Of a stretch of DNA of 64,000 nucleotides, positions 35,024 to 44,668 are shown piece after piece (the first letter of the stretch is position 1; each line of letters begins with the position of its first letter). The position numbers and the translations under genes are program-made. The stretch covers positions 4,669-68,668 of the forward strand of contig CAYOCM010000002.1 of assembly GCA_964402515.1 (NCBI GenBank). Reading direction: 5' to 3'. Under the pieces are notes generated by a model. That model was not told the DNA's origin. It saw only the letters and a list, made by a program, of their open reading frames with translations, and searched no databases. This stretch comes from an uncultured Ruminococcus sp. Its GTDB lineage: Bacteria > Bacillota > Clostridia > Oscillospirales > CAG-382.

Positions 35024-35652
35024 CCGCGCTTTATATAATATGCGGCATATTATTGCTTTTGCTGTGGCTGATCTCGCGATATCTGCATATATATATCGGA
35101 TATGCCGACGGCAAGACACGGCTTTGCATAAGATATCTGTTTATCAAAAAAAATATCGCGTTCGAAACAAACGAAAAAAAGCCTTTGCCCCGTCAAAAAG
35201 ACATTTTGCCGCAGGCCGAGCAAAAAGACGGCAAAGACAAGGTACCGGAGTTGCCCGTAAAACAGTTGCTCGGCGATATATTTGAACTGATAAAAAAGAT
35301 ATTTAACAACCTGGGCAAAAGCCTGACGGTGCAAAAATGCGATCTGCAGGTTACAGTCGCTTTTGACGACCCCGCAAAAACGGCGCTTATATACGGCGCG
35401 TCAAGCGGTGTTGCGGCACAGCTCACAGAACTGATATTAAAAATGCGGCAAAGCCGAAAAGCATATATCCGCACGCTTATCAAGCCCGACTTTTTGGCAG
35501 AAAAGCCTATATTCTTTTGCGACATCCATTTAAAAATACGCATATGCAATCTTTTGCCCACGGCAAAAGACGCTATTGCTTTTATCTTAAAGATCAAACA
35601 AAAAAAGGAGCAAAACGATGCAGAACGAAATGCCACTCAAACAGATAATTGA
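35020..35652 (+). CDS. DUF2953/YtfI-like sporulation membrane protein
   Basis: N-terminal TM helix followed by the pattern LCIRYLFIKKNI. Its position upstream of ytfJ matches the ytfI-ytfJ pairing. Confidence 0.55.
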   Translation: MTALYIICGILLLLLWLISRYLHIYIGYADGKTRLCIRYLFIKKNIAFETNEKKPLPRQKDILPQAEQKDGKDKVPELPVKQLLGDIFELIKKIFNNLGKSLTVQKCDLQVTVAFDDPAKTALIYGASSGVAAQLTELILKMRQSRKAYIRTLIKPDFLAEKPIFFCDIHLKIRICNLLPTAKDAIAFILKIKQKKEQNDAERNATQTDN

Positions 35653-36076
35653 TGCCGCGCTCGCCAAGATAGGCAGCGTTGCAGACGTAAACACCGTAAT
35701 AGGCGCGCCTATTCAGCTTGACGGCGGCATAACGGTAATTCCTTTCTCAAAGGTAACCGTCGGCTTTGCCTCCGGCGGCGTTGACTTTACGGGTAAAAAC
35801 GACAGGCCCGAATCCGACCCTCATTTTGCGGGCGGCAACGGCGCGGCGGTCTCTGTAACACCGCTCGGATTTATCGTTGCCGAAAACGGCAATGTGCGTA
35901 TCTTAGACCTTAAACACGCCGAAAGTTTTGCCGTGCCCGACGACCCCGTTTCACGCGTGGTAGGTGCTGTCAACACGATCATCGACAAAGCGCCCGAAAT
36001 AGTAGACAAGATAAAGACCTCATTCGGCAAAGGCCAAAAAGCCGAAAACGCAGGCGAAACGCCTCAAACGACGTGA
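35618..36076 (+). CDS. ytfJ: GerW/YtfJ family sporulation protein
   Basis: VNTVIGAPIQLDGGITVIPFSKVTVGFASGG...GGNGAAVSVTPLGFIV. Confidence 0.8.
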   Translation: MQNEMPLKQIIDAALAKIGSVADVNTVIGAPIQLDGGITVIPFSKVTVGFASGGVDFTGKNDRPESDPHFAGGNGAAVSVTPLGFIVAENGNVRILDLKHAESFAVPDDPVSRVVGAVNTIIDKAPEIVDKIKTSFGKGQKAENAGETPQTT

Positions 36077-36795
36077 ACGGCCAAAGCATTAAACTGCAAA
36101 AATATATTTCGGAGTGCGGCGTCATGTCACGCCGCGCCGCCGAAAAAGCCATATCCGACGGCAATGTCAAGGTCAACGGCAATATTGCCTCTTTGGGTGA
36201 TCGCATTATCGCGGGCAAAGACAATGTCGTATGTTTCGGCACGCCCGTTTTGCCTGTTCTCGCAAAAATGACCGTGGCTTTAAACAAGCCGCGGGGGTAC
36301 GTCACTACCATGTCGGACGAAAAAGGACGGCGTTCGGTAGCCGATCTGCTTGCTTCGGCGGGCACACGGCTTTATCCCGCAGGGCGGCTTGACTGCGACT
36401 CGCAGGGGCTTATAATATGTACCAACGACGGCGAACTCGCAAACAGACTCATGCACCCTTCGCATCATTTAAAAAAAGTTTATCTCGTCACGGTAAACGG
36501 CGACGTCGACCAGAGCGTTATAAACGGGCTGTGCAACATGCGAACTCTTGACGGGGAACCCATAATGCCGGTCGATGTGCGCGTTATAAGGCGCACCGGG
36601 GACAAAACGGCTATAAAATTTGTGCTTATGCAGGGCAAAAACAGACAAATACGCCGCATGTGCGCATGCTTTGCCCTTGATATAGCCGAGCTTAAGCGCG
36701 TTGCGGTAGGGCCTGTCGTTTTGGGCGACTTGCCGATAGGCAAATACCGATTGCTTACGCCCGACGAACTTAAAGCACTCGAAAGGATAAAATAA
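36073..36795 (+). CDS. rluB: pseudouridine synthase (RsuA/RluB family)
   Basis: An S4 domain (KLQKYISECGVMSRRAAEKAISDGNVKVNG) and the catalytic motif GRLDCDSQGLIICTNDG. Confidence 0.85.
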   Translation: MNGQSIKLQKYISECGVMSRRAAEKAISDGNVKVNGNIASLGDRIIAGKDNVVCFGTPVLPVLAKMTVALNKPRGYVTTMSDEKGRRSVADLLASAGTRLYPAGRLDCDSQGLIICTNDGELANRLMHPSHHLKKVYLVTVNGDVDQSVINGLCNMRTLDGEPIMPVDVRVIRRTGDKTAIKFVLMQGKNRQIRRMCACFALDIAELKRVAVGPVVLGDLPIGKYRLLTPDELKALERIK

Positions 36796-36800
36796 CAGAT

Positions 36801-37094
36801 ATGATAACAACAAAACAGCGCGCATACCTTCGCTCGCTGGCAAACGGCGTCGACGCGCTGTATCAGATAGGCAAGGGCGGTATATCCGAAAACCTGCTCA
36901 CCACGCTTTCGGACGCGCTCGAAGCAAGAGAACTGATAAAAATAACCATTCTCGAGGCGTGCCCTTATACTCCGAAAGAACTGATGCCCGAGCTTTGCGA
37001 GGCTCTCGGTTGCGAAGCGGTACAGGTAATAGGCAGGCGGCTGTCGATCTACCGCAAATCAAACGAAAATCCGCGCATAGTATTGCCCAAATAA
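36801..37094 (+). CDS. yhbY: ribosome assembly RNA-binding protein YhbY (CRM domain)
   Basis: TKQRAYLRSLANGVDALYQIGKGGISENLL...ARELIKI. Confidence 0.85.
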   Translation: MITTKQRAYLRSLANGVDALYQIGKGGISENLLTTLSDALEARELIKITILEACPYTPKELMPELCEALGCEAVQVIGRRLSIYRKSNENPRIVLPK

Positions 37095-37101
37095 ACGATA
37101 T

Positions 37102-37731
37102 ATGCAGGATATCAGAGAGCGCATAAAACAAGACCTGCGGCTTTCCGAGCACAGGCTTATGCATACATACGGCGTAGTGACGGCATCGCTTGAACTTGCA
37201 AACGCACATTTTGCGTTTTTAGACCCGATCGCCGTCGAAACCGCAGCACTTTTGCATGATATGACAAAAGAATATACGCCAAAACAGCACGAAGAGGTAT
37301 GCAAAAGATACGGCGACAGTCTGTCAAAAGCCGAATACGCCTCGCCTCAGCTTATGCACGCGCACACCGCGGCGCTTTTGGCAAAAAATGTTTATCACAC
37401 CGACGACGAAATCACGCACGCGATAGCCGTGCACACCACCGGCTGTGCCGATATGTCGCCGCTTGACATCGTTATTTATCTGGGCGATTATATCGAGCCT
37501 AACCGCACGGGCGAATATTGCCGCGCGGTCAAAAGCACATATGAACAAAACGGCGGCAAAAACAGTACTCTCGCATTGTATATCGCGCTTTTGCAAAGTT
37601 TTGACAAGACTTTATCGCATCTTTTGCAAAGCGGTCTGCCCATATCCGAAAACAGCATTGCCGCACGCAATTATATATTAACGTGTCTGTCCGGGCTTGA
37701 CGGACAAAATATAAAGGAGAACCAAACATGA
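37102..37731 (+). CDS. yqeK: HD-domain bis(5'-nucleosyl)-tetraphosphatase YqeK
   Basis: RLMHTYGVV...ALLHDMTKE...HAHTAA...VHTTG, and the gene sits immediately upstream of rsfS. Confidence 0.8.
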   Translation: MQDIRERIKQDLRLSEHRLMHTYGVVTASLELANAHFAFLDPIAVETAALLHDMTKEYTPKQHEEVCKRYGDSLSKAEYASPQLMHAHTAALLAKNVYHTDDEITHAIAVHTTGCADMSPLDIVIYLGDYIEPNRTGEYCRAVKSTYEQNGGKNSTLALYIALLQSFDKTLSHLLQSGLPISENSIAARNYILTCLSGLDGQNIKENQT

Positions 37732-38078
37732 ACAACATAACGCAATCACCCACTTATACCGAGCTTGCTCAGGCTGCGATGACGGCGTTTGAGGCAAAGC
37801 AGGGCATTGATCCCGTTATGCTCGACATCGAGAGCGTAACTTCGCTTGCAAGCGCTTTTGTAATAGTCTCGGGCGCATCGCACGCGCAGGTCAAAGCGCT
37901 TGCCGAATATGCCGAAGAATATATCTTTAACGAATACGGCATCAAACCCACACGTGTCGAGGGCAAGGGCGACAACGCCTGGACTTTGATGGATTACGGC
38001 CATGTCGTTTTGCATATCTTTACCCGCGAAGGCAGAGATTTTTATAAACTTGACAAGATATGGAAGGACGCCAAATAA
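37728..38078 (+). CDS. rsfS: ribosome silencing factor RsfS
   Basis: FVIVSGASHAQVKALAEY...WTLMDYGHVVLHIFTREGRDFYKLDKIW. Confidence 0.85.
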   Translation: MNNITQSPTYTELAQAAMTAFEAKQGIDPVMLDIESVTSLASAFVIVSGASHAQVKALAEYAEEYIFNEYGIKPTRVEGKGDNAWTLMDYGHVVLHIFTREGRDFYKLDKIWKDAK

Positions 38079-38079
38079 T

Positions 38080-40482
38080 ATGAAATACGACTATAAATCA
38101 ATTGACGCAAAATGGCAAAACAAATGGGAGCAGGCAAACGCTTTTGCCGCAGATGACAACTGCGCCGACAAGCCCAAGTTTTATGCGCTGGTAGAATTTC
38201 CCTATCCTTCGGGTGCGGGAATGCACGTCGGACACATCAAGGCTTATTCAGGCCTTGAGGTAATTTCGCGCAAGCGCAGGATGCAGGGATATAACGTGCT
38301 GTTTCCCATAGGATTCGACGCTTTCGGGCTGCCGACCGAAAATTCGGCGGTCAAATTCGGCATACATCCGCGCGTGCTCACCGACCGCAACATAGCGCGT
38401 TTTACCGATCAGTTAAAACGTGTCGGATTTTCATTTGACTGGTCGCGCGTTATAGACACCACAGACACCGATTATTATAAGTGGACTCAGTGGATATTTT
38501 TAAAAATGTTTGAAAACGGACTTGTGTTCCGTGACAAAGCGCTTGTAAACTATTGCCCTCACTGCAAAGTCGTACTCTCAAACGAAGACAGCCAGGGCGG
38601 CAAATGCGACATCTGCCACAGCGACATCGTTCAGCGCTCAAAAGACGTCTGGTATCTGCGCATAACCGAATATGCCGACAAATTGCTTTTCGGGCTCGAC
38701 GGCGTCGATTATCCCGCCCCGGTAAAACAGCAGCAGATAAACTGGATAGGCAGATCGACGGGCGCCTTTGTAAACTTTGATATCGACGGCATAGACGAAA
38801 AACTGCGCATATACACCACAAGGCCCGACACGCTTTTCGGCGTAACGTTTATGGTCATGGCGCCCGAACATCCTCTTATAGACAAATATCAGGACCGCAT
38901 AAGCAACATGGATGCGGTAAAAAATTACCGTGCCGAGTGCGCCAAAAAGACAGAATTCGAGCGCACTCAGATGAATAAAAACAAGACCGGCGTCAAGCTC
39001 GAGGGCATAAGCGCCGTCAACCCGCTGACCGGCAAAAAAATTCCCATATTTATAGCCGACTATGTCATGATGGGATACGGAACCGGCGCCATAATGGCCG
39101 TTCCCGCTCATGACGAACGCGACTGGGAGTTTGCAAAAAAGTTCGGCATCGAGATTATCGAGGTCATCAAAGGCGGCGATATATCAGAAGGTGCTTATAC
39201 CGGCGACGGCGAAATGATAAACTCTGAGTTTTTAAACGGATTTAAAGACAAAAAGAGTTCGATAGCACGCGCCGTAAAAGAACTTGAGGCAAGAGGCATA
39301 GGCGAAGCGGGCGTTCAGTATAAAATGAAAGACTGGGCGTTTAACCGTCAGCGTTATTGGGGCGAGCCTATTCCCATAATACACTGTCCCGAGTGCGGCA
39401 TGGTTCCCGTGCCTTATGACCAATTACCGCTTACATTGCCCGACGTTAAAAACTTTGAGCCCGGCGAAGGCGGCGAATCGCCTCTGGCAAAGATAGAGTC
39501 GTTTGTCAACTGCAAATGCCCCAAATGCGGCGGCGATGCAAAACGCGAGACCGACACGATGCCGCAGTGGGCGGGTTCGAGCTGGTATTATTTAAGATAT
39601 ATCGACCCGCACAACGATTCATGCCTCGCATCGCCCGAAAAACTCGACTATTGGATGCCCGTCGACTGGTACAACGGCGGCATGGAACACGTCACGCGGC
39701 ATATGATATATTCGCGTTTCTGGCATCATTTTCTTTATGATATCGGCGCTGTAAACACCCCCGAGCCTTATGCGAAACGCACCGCGCAGGGACTTATTCT
39801 GGGCCCCGACGGCGAAAAAATGAGCAAATCAAAAGGCAACGTGGTCGATCCGCTCGACGTGGTAGAAGCATACGGCGCCGACGTTCTGCGCACATATGTG
39901 CTGTTTATGGGCGATTATTCGGCCGCAGCACCCTGGTCGGACAACTCCGTCAGAGGCTGCAAGAGGTTTTTAGAACGTGTCGCAGACCTCAGCTCGATGA
40001 TAAAACCCGAGACCGACGCAAAATTAGAGGCGTCGTTCCACAAGACAGTCAAAAAAGTCACATCGGATATCGAAGAGATGAAATTCAACACCGCGATAGC
40101 CGCTTTGATGACTTTGTTCAATGAGATAAACGACTGCGGCGGTCTGACAAAAGACCAGCTCGTCACATTTATCAAACTGCTTTGCCCTATCGCTCCGCAC
40201 ATATGCGAAGAGATCTATGAGAGCATAGGCGGCAGTGGACTGCTTTCGCTGTCGCAATGGCCCGAATACGACGAAGAAAAACTTAAAGTGTCCGAGACAG
40301 AGATAGCCGTACAGCTTTGCGGCAAGTTAAAAGGCACCGTGACGGTTCCCACCGACTGCGACGAAGAGACCGCATGGCAGACGATTATCTCGTCGGGAGT
40401 GCTTGCAAACGCGCTTGACGGCAAGACCGTTGTTAAAAAGATATACGTCAAAAACCGCATATTCAATATCGTTGCAAAATAA
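38080..40482 (+). CDS. leuS: leucine--tRNA ligase
   Basis: MKYDYKSIDAKWQNKWE, a HIGH-type motif (PYPSGAGMHVGH) and KMSKS are present. ATG 38080 lies 1 nt after the rsfS stop. Confidence 0.95.
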   Translation: MKYDYKSIDAKWQNKWEQANAFAADDNCADKPKFYALVEFPYPSGAGMHVGHIKAYSGLEVISRKRRMQGYNVLFPIGFDAFGLPTENSAVKFGIHPRVLTDRNIARFTDQLKRVGFSFDWSRVIDTTDTDYYKWTQWIFLKMFENGLVFRDKALVNYCPHCKVVLSNEDSQGGKCDICHSDIVQRSKDVWYLRITEYADKLLFGLDGVDYPAPVKQQQINWIGRSTGAFVNFDIDGIDEKLRIYTTRPDTLFGVTFMVMAPEHPLIDKYQDRISNMDAVKNYRAECAKKTEFERTQMNKNKTGVKLEGISAVNPLTGKKIPIFIADYVMMGYGTGAIMAVPAHDERDWEFAKKFGIEIIEVIKGGDISEGAYTGDGEMINSEFLNGFKDKKSSIARAVKELEARGIGEAGVQYKMKDWAFNRQRYWGEPIPIIHCPECGMVPVPYDQLPLTLPDVKNFEPGEGGESPLAKIESFVNCKCPKCGGDAKRETDTMPQWAGSSWYYLRYIDPHNDSCLASPEKLDYWMPVDWYNGGMEHVTRHMIYSRFWHHFLYDIGAVNTPEPYAKRTAQGLILGPDGEKMSKSKGNVVDPLDVVEAYGADVLRTYVLFMGDYSAAAPWSDNSVRGCKRFLERVADLSSMIKPETDAKLEASFHKTVKKVTSDIEEMKFNTAIAALMTLFNEINDCGGLTKDQLVTFIKLLCPIAPHICEEIYESIGGSGLLSLSQWPEYDEEKLKVSETEIAVQLCGKLKGTVTVPTDCDEETAWQTIISSGVLANALDGKTVVKKIYVKNRIFNIVAK

Positions 40483-40494
40483 CATATAAACATC

Positions 40495-40532
40495 AAAAAA
40501 GATCGGCGCGCACGCGGCGCGCCGATCTTTTT
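40495..40532. terminator. bidirectional GC-rich terminator
   Basis: GATCGGCGCG (40501-40510) pairs with CGCGCCGATC (40518-40527), flanked by A6 and T5. Confidence 0.85.
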
Positions 40533-40535
40533 AAT

Positions 40536-42143
40536 TCAGTTAAAATAGTTGCCGCCTATAAACAACGACTGATCTATAAACGTATCGCCTACCGAAACGG
40601 CGGTATGCAATACATCGCCGAGGTTCCATGTATAGCCGCTGTTGCCGCTTTGACCTATTATTTGTCCTTGCGTCATAATATCGCCTATGTTGCATGTAAC
40701 CGACGAAAGGTTAAAATAATAACTGTATATGCCGTACCCGTGCGATATGATAACGGTGTTGCCCGTGGTGGCTGTCGCCTGAGCAAACACGACCTCACCG
40801 CGTTGCATAGCTCTGACGGATGTGCCGTAAGCCGTCGAATAAACGTTGCCGGGCAATCTGAACATAGCGCCGCTGCCGGATACAAGCACGGTGTCGGCAA
40901 AGTTTGCCGCTTTGTTTGCGGTCACTGCCGCCTGAAACTTGTCACCCATATCAAAGTATGCGGTGTTTGAACGTCCCGACGTCAGTTCGTTAAATGTTTT
41001 TAACAGGCCCTGCAATATATCGGGTGTCAGCATAGAATTAAATTCCGCTTCGGACTCAAGCAACGGCAATGTCTGCCCTTCGTTTTCGGTAACAAGCAGT
41101 TTTACCGTCTGCACCGCACCGTCAAGTTCAAAGTTTACATCATAAAGTCCCGGCTTGCAGTCGGCACTTACGGGCAGTATGGCAAAATCACAGCCCGATG
41201 TTTCGTCATGATAAGAAATAATATTAGAGTCTGTTATGTCTGTGCTGAATCCGATAATATCGTCGGCACCGAGATGGTCTATATTTATCACGGCAAAACC
41301 GCCCGCTTTTACACTTTCGCGCGAAAGACTTACGGTTGCGGGAACGTCATAAAGCAATGTAAGGCAATATTCCGCCTCGCCGTAATAGTCACGCGATTCC
41401 GAACGCGTCCATTTTGCCTTAAAACTTGCGGTTATAACGGTATCTTCGTCAAACACCAACGTCTCTATGCCCGAGACCGGCAATATTGCGCCGTCGGCGG
41501 TAATAAACTCAACGTCATAAATCTCATCCGGTTGCACGGTAAATTTAAGGCTGTTTGATCTGCCGTCATAAAAATGCAATGTCTTGCCGTCGTATGTCGG
41601 CGATGAACGGTCGGAATAAAACACTCCGTCGACTTTTTTATAACTCCATGAATAAGCATCGGGATAAGCATAAGCCACACTGCTGCCCGATATTATCTCG
41701 AGTTTAGGCAACATTACGCTGTTATAAAGATAAAGGCACTCGGCACGGCAAAGATAAACTTTTGCGGCGCTTTCGTTCATAAGGTATATGCGCCCTTTTT
41801 CGTCATAAAACATACAGCCCGAAAGATTCAGCGAGGGGTAAAGGCGATACACCTGCTTTTGCGAGCCGGATATATATGTTATGGTTATAGGCGTCTCGTA
41901 ATAAACGTCGCGGACAGGCGAATCTATCCCTTTGGCGCCGTCAAGCAACGAGCAGTAATATTCAATGTCGCCGTGCTCGGTATATGTATAACTTTTGCCG
42001 TCGGTAAGCACTATATTAACGCTGTCGGTGCCGTCAAGCTCTATATTCTGCATAAAATAATTGACCAACATCACCGCTATAAACAAAAGGGGTATCAGCA
42101 TCAGCACCGTGACGGCAACAGATGAAAATGATTTTTTTTGCAT
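40536..42143 (-). CDS. membrane-anchored M23 family peptidase
   Basis: The C-terminal LytM domain reads GNTVIISHGYGIYSYYFNL...GQIIGQSGNSGYT...LH. AGGAG lies 7 nt before ATG 42143, and the track start at 42164 is a TTG that spans that SD. Confidence 0.8.
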   Translation of the reverse strand: MQKKSFSSVAVTVLMLIPLLFIAVMLVNYFMQNIELDGTDSVNIVLTDGKSYTYTEHGDIEYYCSLLDGAKGIDSPVRDVYYETPITITYISGSQKQVYRLYPSLNLSGCMFYDEKGRIYLMNESAAKVYLCRAECLYLYNSVMLPKLEIISGSSVAYAYPDAYSWSYKKVDGVFYSDRSSPTYDGKTLHFYDGRSNSLKFTVQPDEIYDVEFITADGAILPVSGIETLVFDEDTVITASFKAKWTRSESRDYYGEAEYCLTLLYDVPATVSLSRESVKAGGFAVINIDHLGADDIIGFSTDITDSNIISYHDETSGCDFAILPVSADCKPGLYDVNFELDGAVQTVKLLVTENEGQTLPLLESEAEFNSMLTPDILQGLLKTFNELTSGRSNTAYFDMGDKFQAAVTANKAANFADTVLVSGSGAMFRLPGNVYSTAYGTSVRAMQRGEVVFAQATATTGNTVIISHGYGIYSYYFNLSSVTCNIGDIMTQGQIIGQSGNSGYTWNLGDVLHTAVSVGDTFIDQSLFIGGNYFN

Positions 42144-42253
42144 TATATCGCTCCTTTTATGCAATTATATCATTACAAACAGAATTAGTCAATGAATATC
42201 TTATGCCAAAAACGAGCAAAATCTTTTTATAACAGTTTAAGGAGTTATAACAT

Positions 42254-43525
42254 ATGGATATTTGTGAGGTTATCGCAAGGTTTAGCGATTGCGACGATAT
42301 GATGCACACCGAGGCGGGCGGCGCCGATGTTTTATATATAAAAAGCCTGTGTGACCGCGACTATATCGCCAGACAGATAATAGAGCCGCTGATACACGGC
42401 ATAATGTCTTTGCCCGTAACGGCAAAATCAAAAATAACCGACGCCGACATCGCGTGCGACGCTTTGGTCAGAGGCAATGTTTTGGTGTTTTTCGGCCGTG
42501 AAACCGTATGTATCCCCGCACCGCATGAAGAAAAGCGCTCGGTAAGCGAGGCGCAAAGCGACGTGACGGTCAAAGGGCCAAAGGCCGCGTTCACCGAAGA
42601 TGCCGATACAAATATAGCGCTTATACGGCGCTATATTCGCTCTGATAAACTCAAATTCATTCCCTATGATATAGGCGCTCAAACTCACACAAAAGTGTTT
42701 TTGTGCTATGTCGAGGGCAGAGCCGACAAAAAAGTAACAGATGCTTTGCGCAAAAAACTTGCTCGAATATCCCCCACGGTGATAATTGATTCGGGTGCGC
42801 TTGCACCTTTGCTTACCGGCAAGACGGGATATCCGTTTTTTTCGCTGCTCGGTTCGAGCGAAAAAGTCGATAAGGTCGCGTCAAAACTCATCTCGGGCAG
42901 AGCGGCGATAATATGCGACGGTTCGCCGTTTGTGCTTACCGCGCCTTATGTTTTTGCCGAAAGTCTGCAATCGGCAGAGGATTATCTGCGTTCAACGTGG
43001 TATGCCACATTCGTGCGTATTCTGCGCATGGCGGCACTGCTTGTTTCGTTTTTGTTGCCGGCGGCATACCTGTGCTTCAAGTCGGGCGGTGACAGTTTCG
43101 GCGACGTGATGACAACGCTTTTGATATTCGAATGTCTGCGCGAAGTCGGTGTAAGAATGCCGCGCACGGTCGGCGACGCCGTGGGCATAGTAGGTTCGCT
43201 TATTATAGGCGACGCCGCTGTCAAAGCGGGACTTATCACCGACGAAAGCATAATAGTTATGGCGCTGTCGGCAGTCTGTGCTTTCATCGTGCCCGCCTAT
43301 ATGTATTCGGTAACTCTTTTGCGCATCATATTTGTTTTGGCGGCAGCGTTATTCGGCACAAAAGGCGTAGTGCTAGGTTTTTCGATGCTTTTGGGACTTA
43401 TGTGCGGCATAAAAAGCTTCGGCAGTCCTTATATGTCGCCTCTTGCTCCCATAGACCTTAAAGGACTTATGGATTTTATAATCACCGTGCCCTCAAAAGT
43501 TCTGGGCAGAAAGGAGCGCCCCTGA
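42254..43525 (+). CDS. GerA-family spore germination protein (A-subunit/SpoVAF-like)
   Basis: A soluble N-terminal domain (FTEDADTNIALIRRYIRSDKLKF) is followed by a C-terminal block of about 5 TM segments (LREVGVRMPRTVGDAVGIVGSLIIGDAAV), typical of GerAA/SpoVAF. Confidence 0.75.
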   Translation: MDICEVIARFSDCDDMMHTEAGGADVLYIKSLCDRDYIARQIIEPLIHGIMSLPVTAKSKITDADIACDALVRGNVLVFFGRETVCIPAPHEEKRSVSEAQSDVTVKGPKAAFTEDADTNIALIRRYIRSDKLKFIPYDIGAQTHTKVFLCYVEGRADKKVTDALRKKLARISPTVIIDSGALAPLLTGKTGYPFFSLLGSSEKVDKVASKLISGRAAIICDGSPFVLTAPYVFAESLQSAEDYLRSTWYATFVRILRMAALLVSFLLPAAYLCFKSGGDSFGDVMTTLLIFECLREVGVRMPRTVGDAVGIVGSLIIGDAAVKAGLITDESIIVMALSAVCAFIVPAYMYSVTLLRIIFVLAAALFGTKGVVLGFSMLLGLMCGIKSFGSPYMSPLAPIDLKGLMDFIITVPSKVLGRKERP

Positions 43526-44130
43526 TGGCCGCCGCGATGACATTTTCGTTTGCGTTGCTCATACAATGCAAAAACGACCTTTTTGCCGCCGCGGTATGCG
43601 CTCTGCTTATTCCGCTAAGCCTTATTTTTTGCTCAAAATATCCGCGCCTGTGCGATAAACGTTTGATATTTATTTTTTCGGGCGCCGTGTCGGTTGCCGC
43701 TTTTGCGGCGTTAAATACAAACGACGTGTTTTTTGCCGCCATGCCCGTTATCGCCGGAATGCTGATATCTTTCGGCGACAAAAACGCCGCGTTATATTAT
43801 GCCGACGCATTGTCGTTTTTTATAATCATCTGCGCATTTGTTCAGTGTTTTAATTATGCGGGATATATTCCCGTGCAGAATGCTTCGCATTTTCATCTCG
43901 CTTTATGTCCCGCCACGGTCTGCATAGGGTACGCCTGCCGCAAAAAACCGCTGTTTAACACTTTGGCGGGATACGCGGTGTCTTTGCCCGTGTTTTTGCT
44001 GTTTGTTCTTTGCTCTCATGAGCTGACTTATTATGCCGCTCTGTTTGTTTCGCCCGTTTTGATATCGTGCTGTTTTTTGCCTTTAAAACACATAATAGCA
44101 AACAAAAAAGCATATAAAACCGTGAGGTGA
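43525..44130 (+). CDS. hypothetical polytopic (~6 TM) Cys-rich membrane protein
   Basis: Its ATG overlaps the upstream stop (TGATG). I recognise no family. Confidence 0.5.
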   Translation: MAAAMTFSFALLIQCKNDLFAAAVCALLIPLSLIFCSKYPRLCDKRLIFIFSGAVSVAAFAALNTNDVFFAAMPVIAGMLISFGDKNAALYYADALSFFIIICAFVQCFNYAGYIPVQNASHFHLALCPATVCIGYACRKKPLFNTLAGYAVSLPVFLLFVLCSHELTYYAALFVSPVLISCCFLPLKHIIANKKAYKTVR

Positions 44131-44135
44131 TATAA

Positions 44136-44543
44136 TTGAACTTTGCCGTGAAAGAAATAAAAAAGTCGCTGTTTTACAAAGGCAACGAAACGGTGCGCAT
44201 AAATATAAGTTACCACACGGTTAAAGACAAAAAACGTTATGCCAAGGCGTTGAATAAGTTTTATAAAAACATCGCCGAAAACTTTTTTAAATTTGCAGCT
44301 ACAAAACTTGCGACGTTTGCCGCAAAGCATGTATCCGATCCGCTTTTTGAACCTGCCGCCGCGGTGATGAAAACGCGCGTTGCATATGAAGACGCGCGCT
44401 TTGTATCGATATTGGCGGAAATATCGGTCTACGACGGTATCGGCAACATAAAACGCGTATGCAAACAAACCGTGTGGAATAAAAATCTCGCCGCCTTAGT
44501 CCCGGGGCGCCGACTGCATAAAAGCCAATATACCGCCAAATAG
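44136..44543 (+). CDS. hypothetical protein
   Basis: TTG start with GAGGTG 6 nt upstream. I recognise no motif with confidence. Confidence 0.4.
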   Translation: MNFAVKEIKKSLFYKGNETVRINISYHTVKDKKRYAKALNKFYKNIAENFFKFAATKLATFAAKHVSDPLFEPAAAVMKTRVAYEDARFVSILAEISVYDGIGNIKRVCKQTVWNKNLAALVPGRRLHKSQYTAK

Positions 44544-44595
44544 TCCCGCAATATAACAAACAGCCGCGGATTTTTGCTTCTGCGGCTTATTTTTA

Positions 44596-44624
44596 TTGAC
44601 AACAAAAGCTCGTGGGGGTATATT
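44596..44624 (+). promoter_or_regulatory. sigma-A-type promoter
   Basis: TTGACA (44596-44601), 17-nt spacer, TATATT (44619-44624). Confidence 0.55.
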
Positions 44625-44668
44625 GTAGATAGGCCATTTTATATTTGTAAAAAGGACGGTTTTTAAAA

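Noticed and set aside
42131-42138. An A8/T8 homopolymer just after the M23 peptidase start codon, considered as a slipped-strand phase-variation tract.
   Set aside because: Eight nucleotides is short for efficient slippage. It simply encodes Lys-Lys in a basic N-terminal anchor, and similar runs occur elsewhere in ordinary genes (for example 24053-24062).
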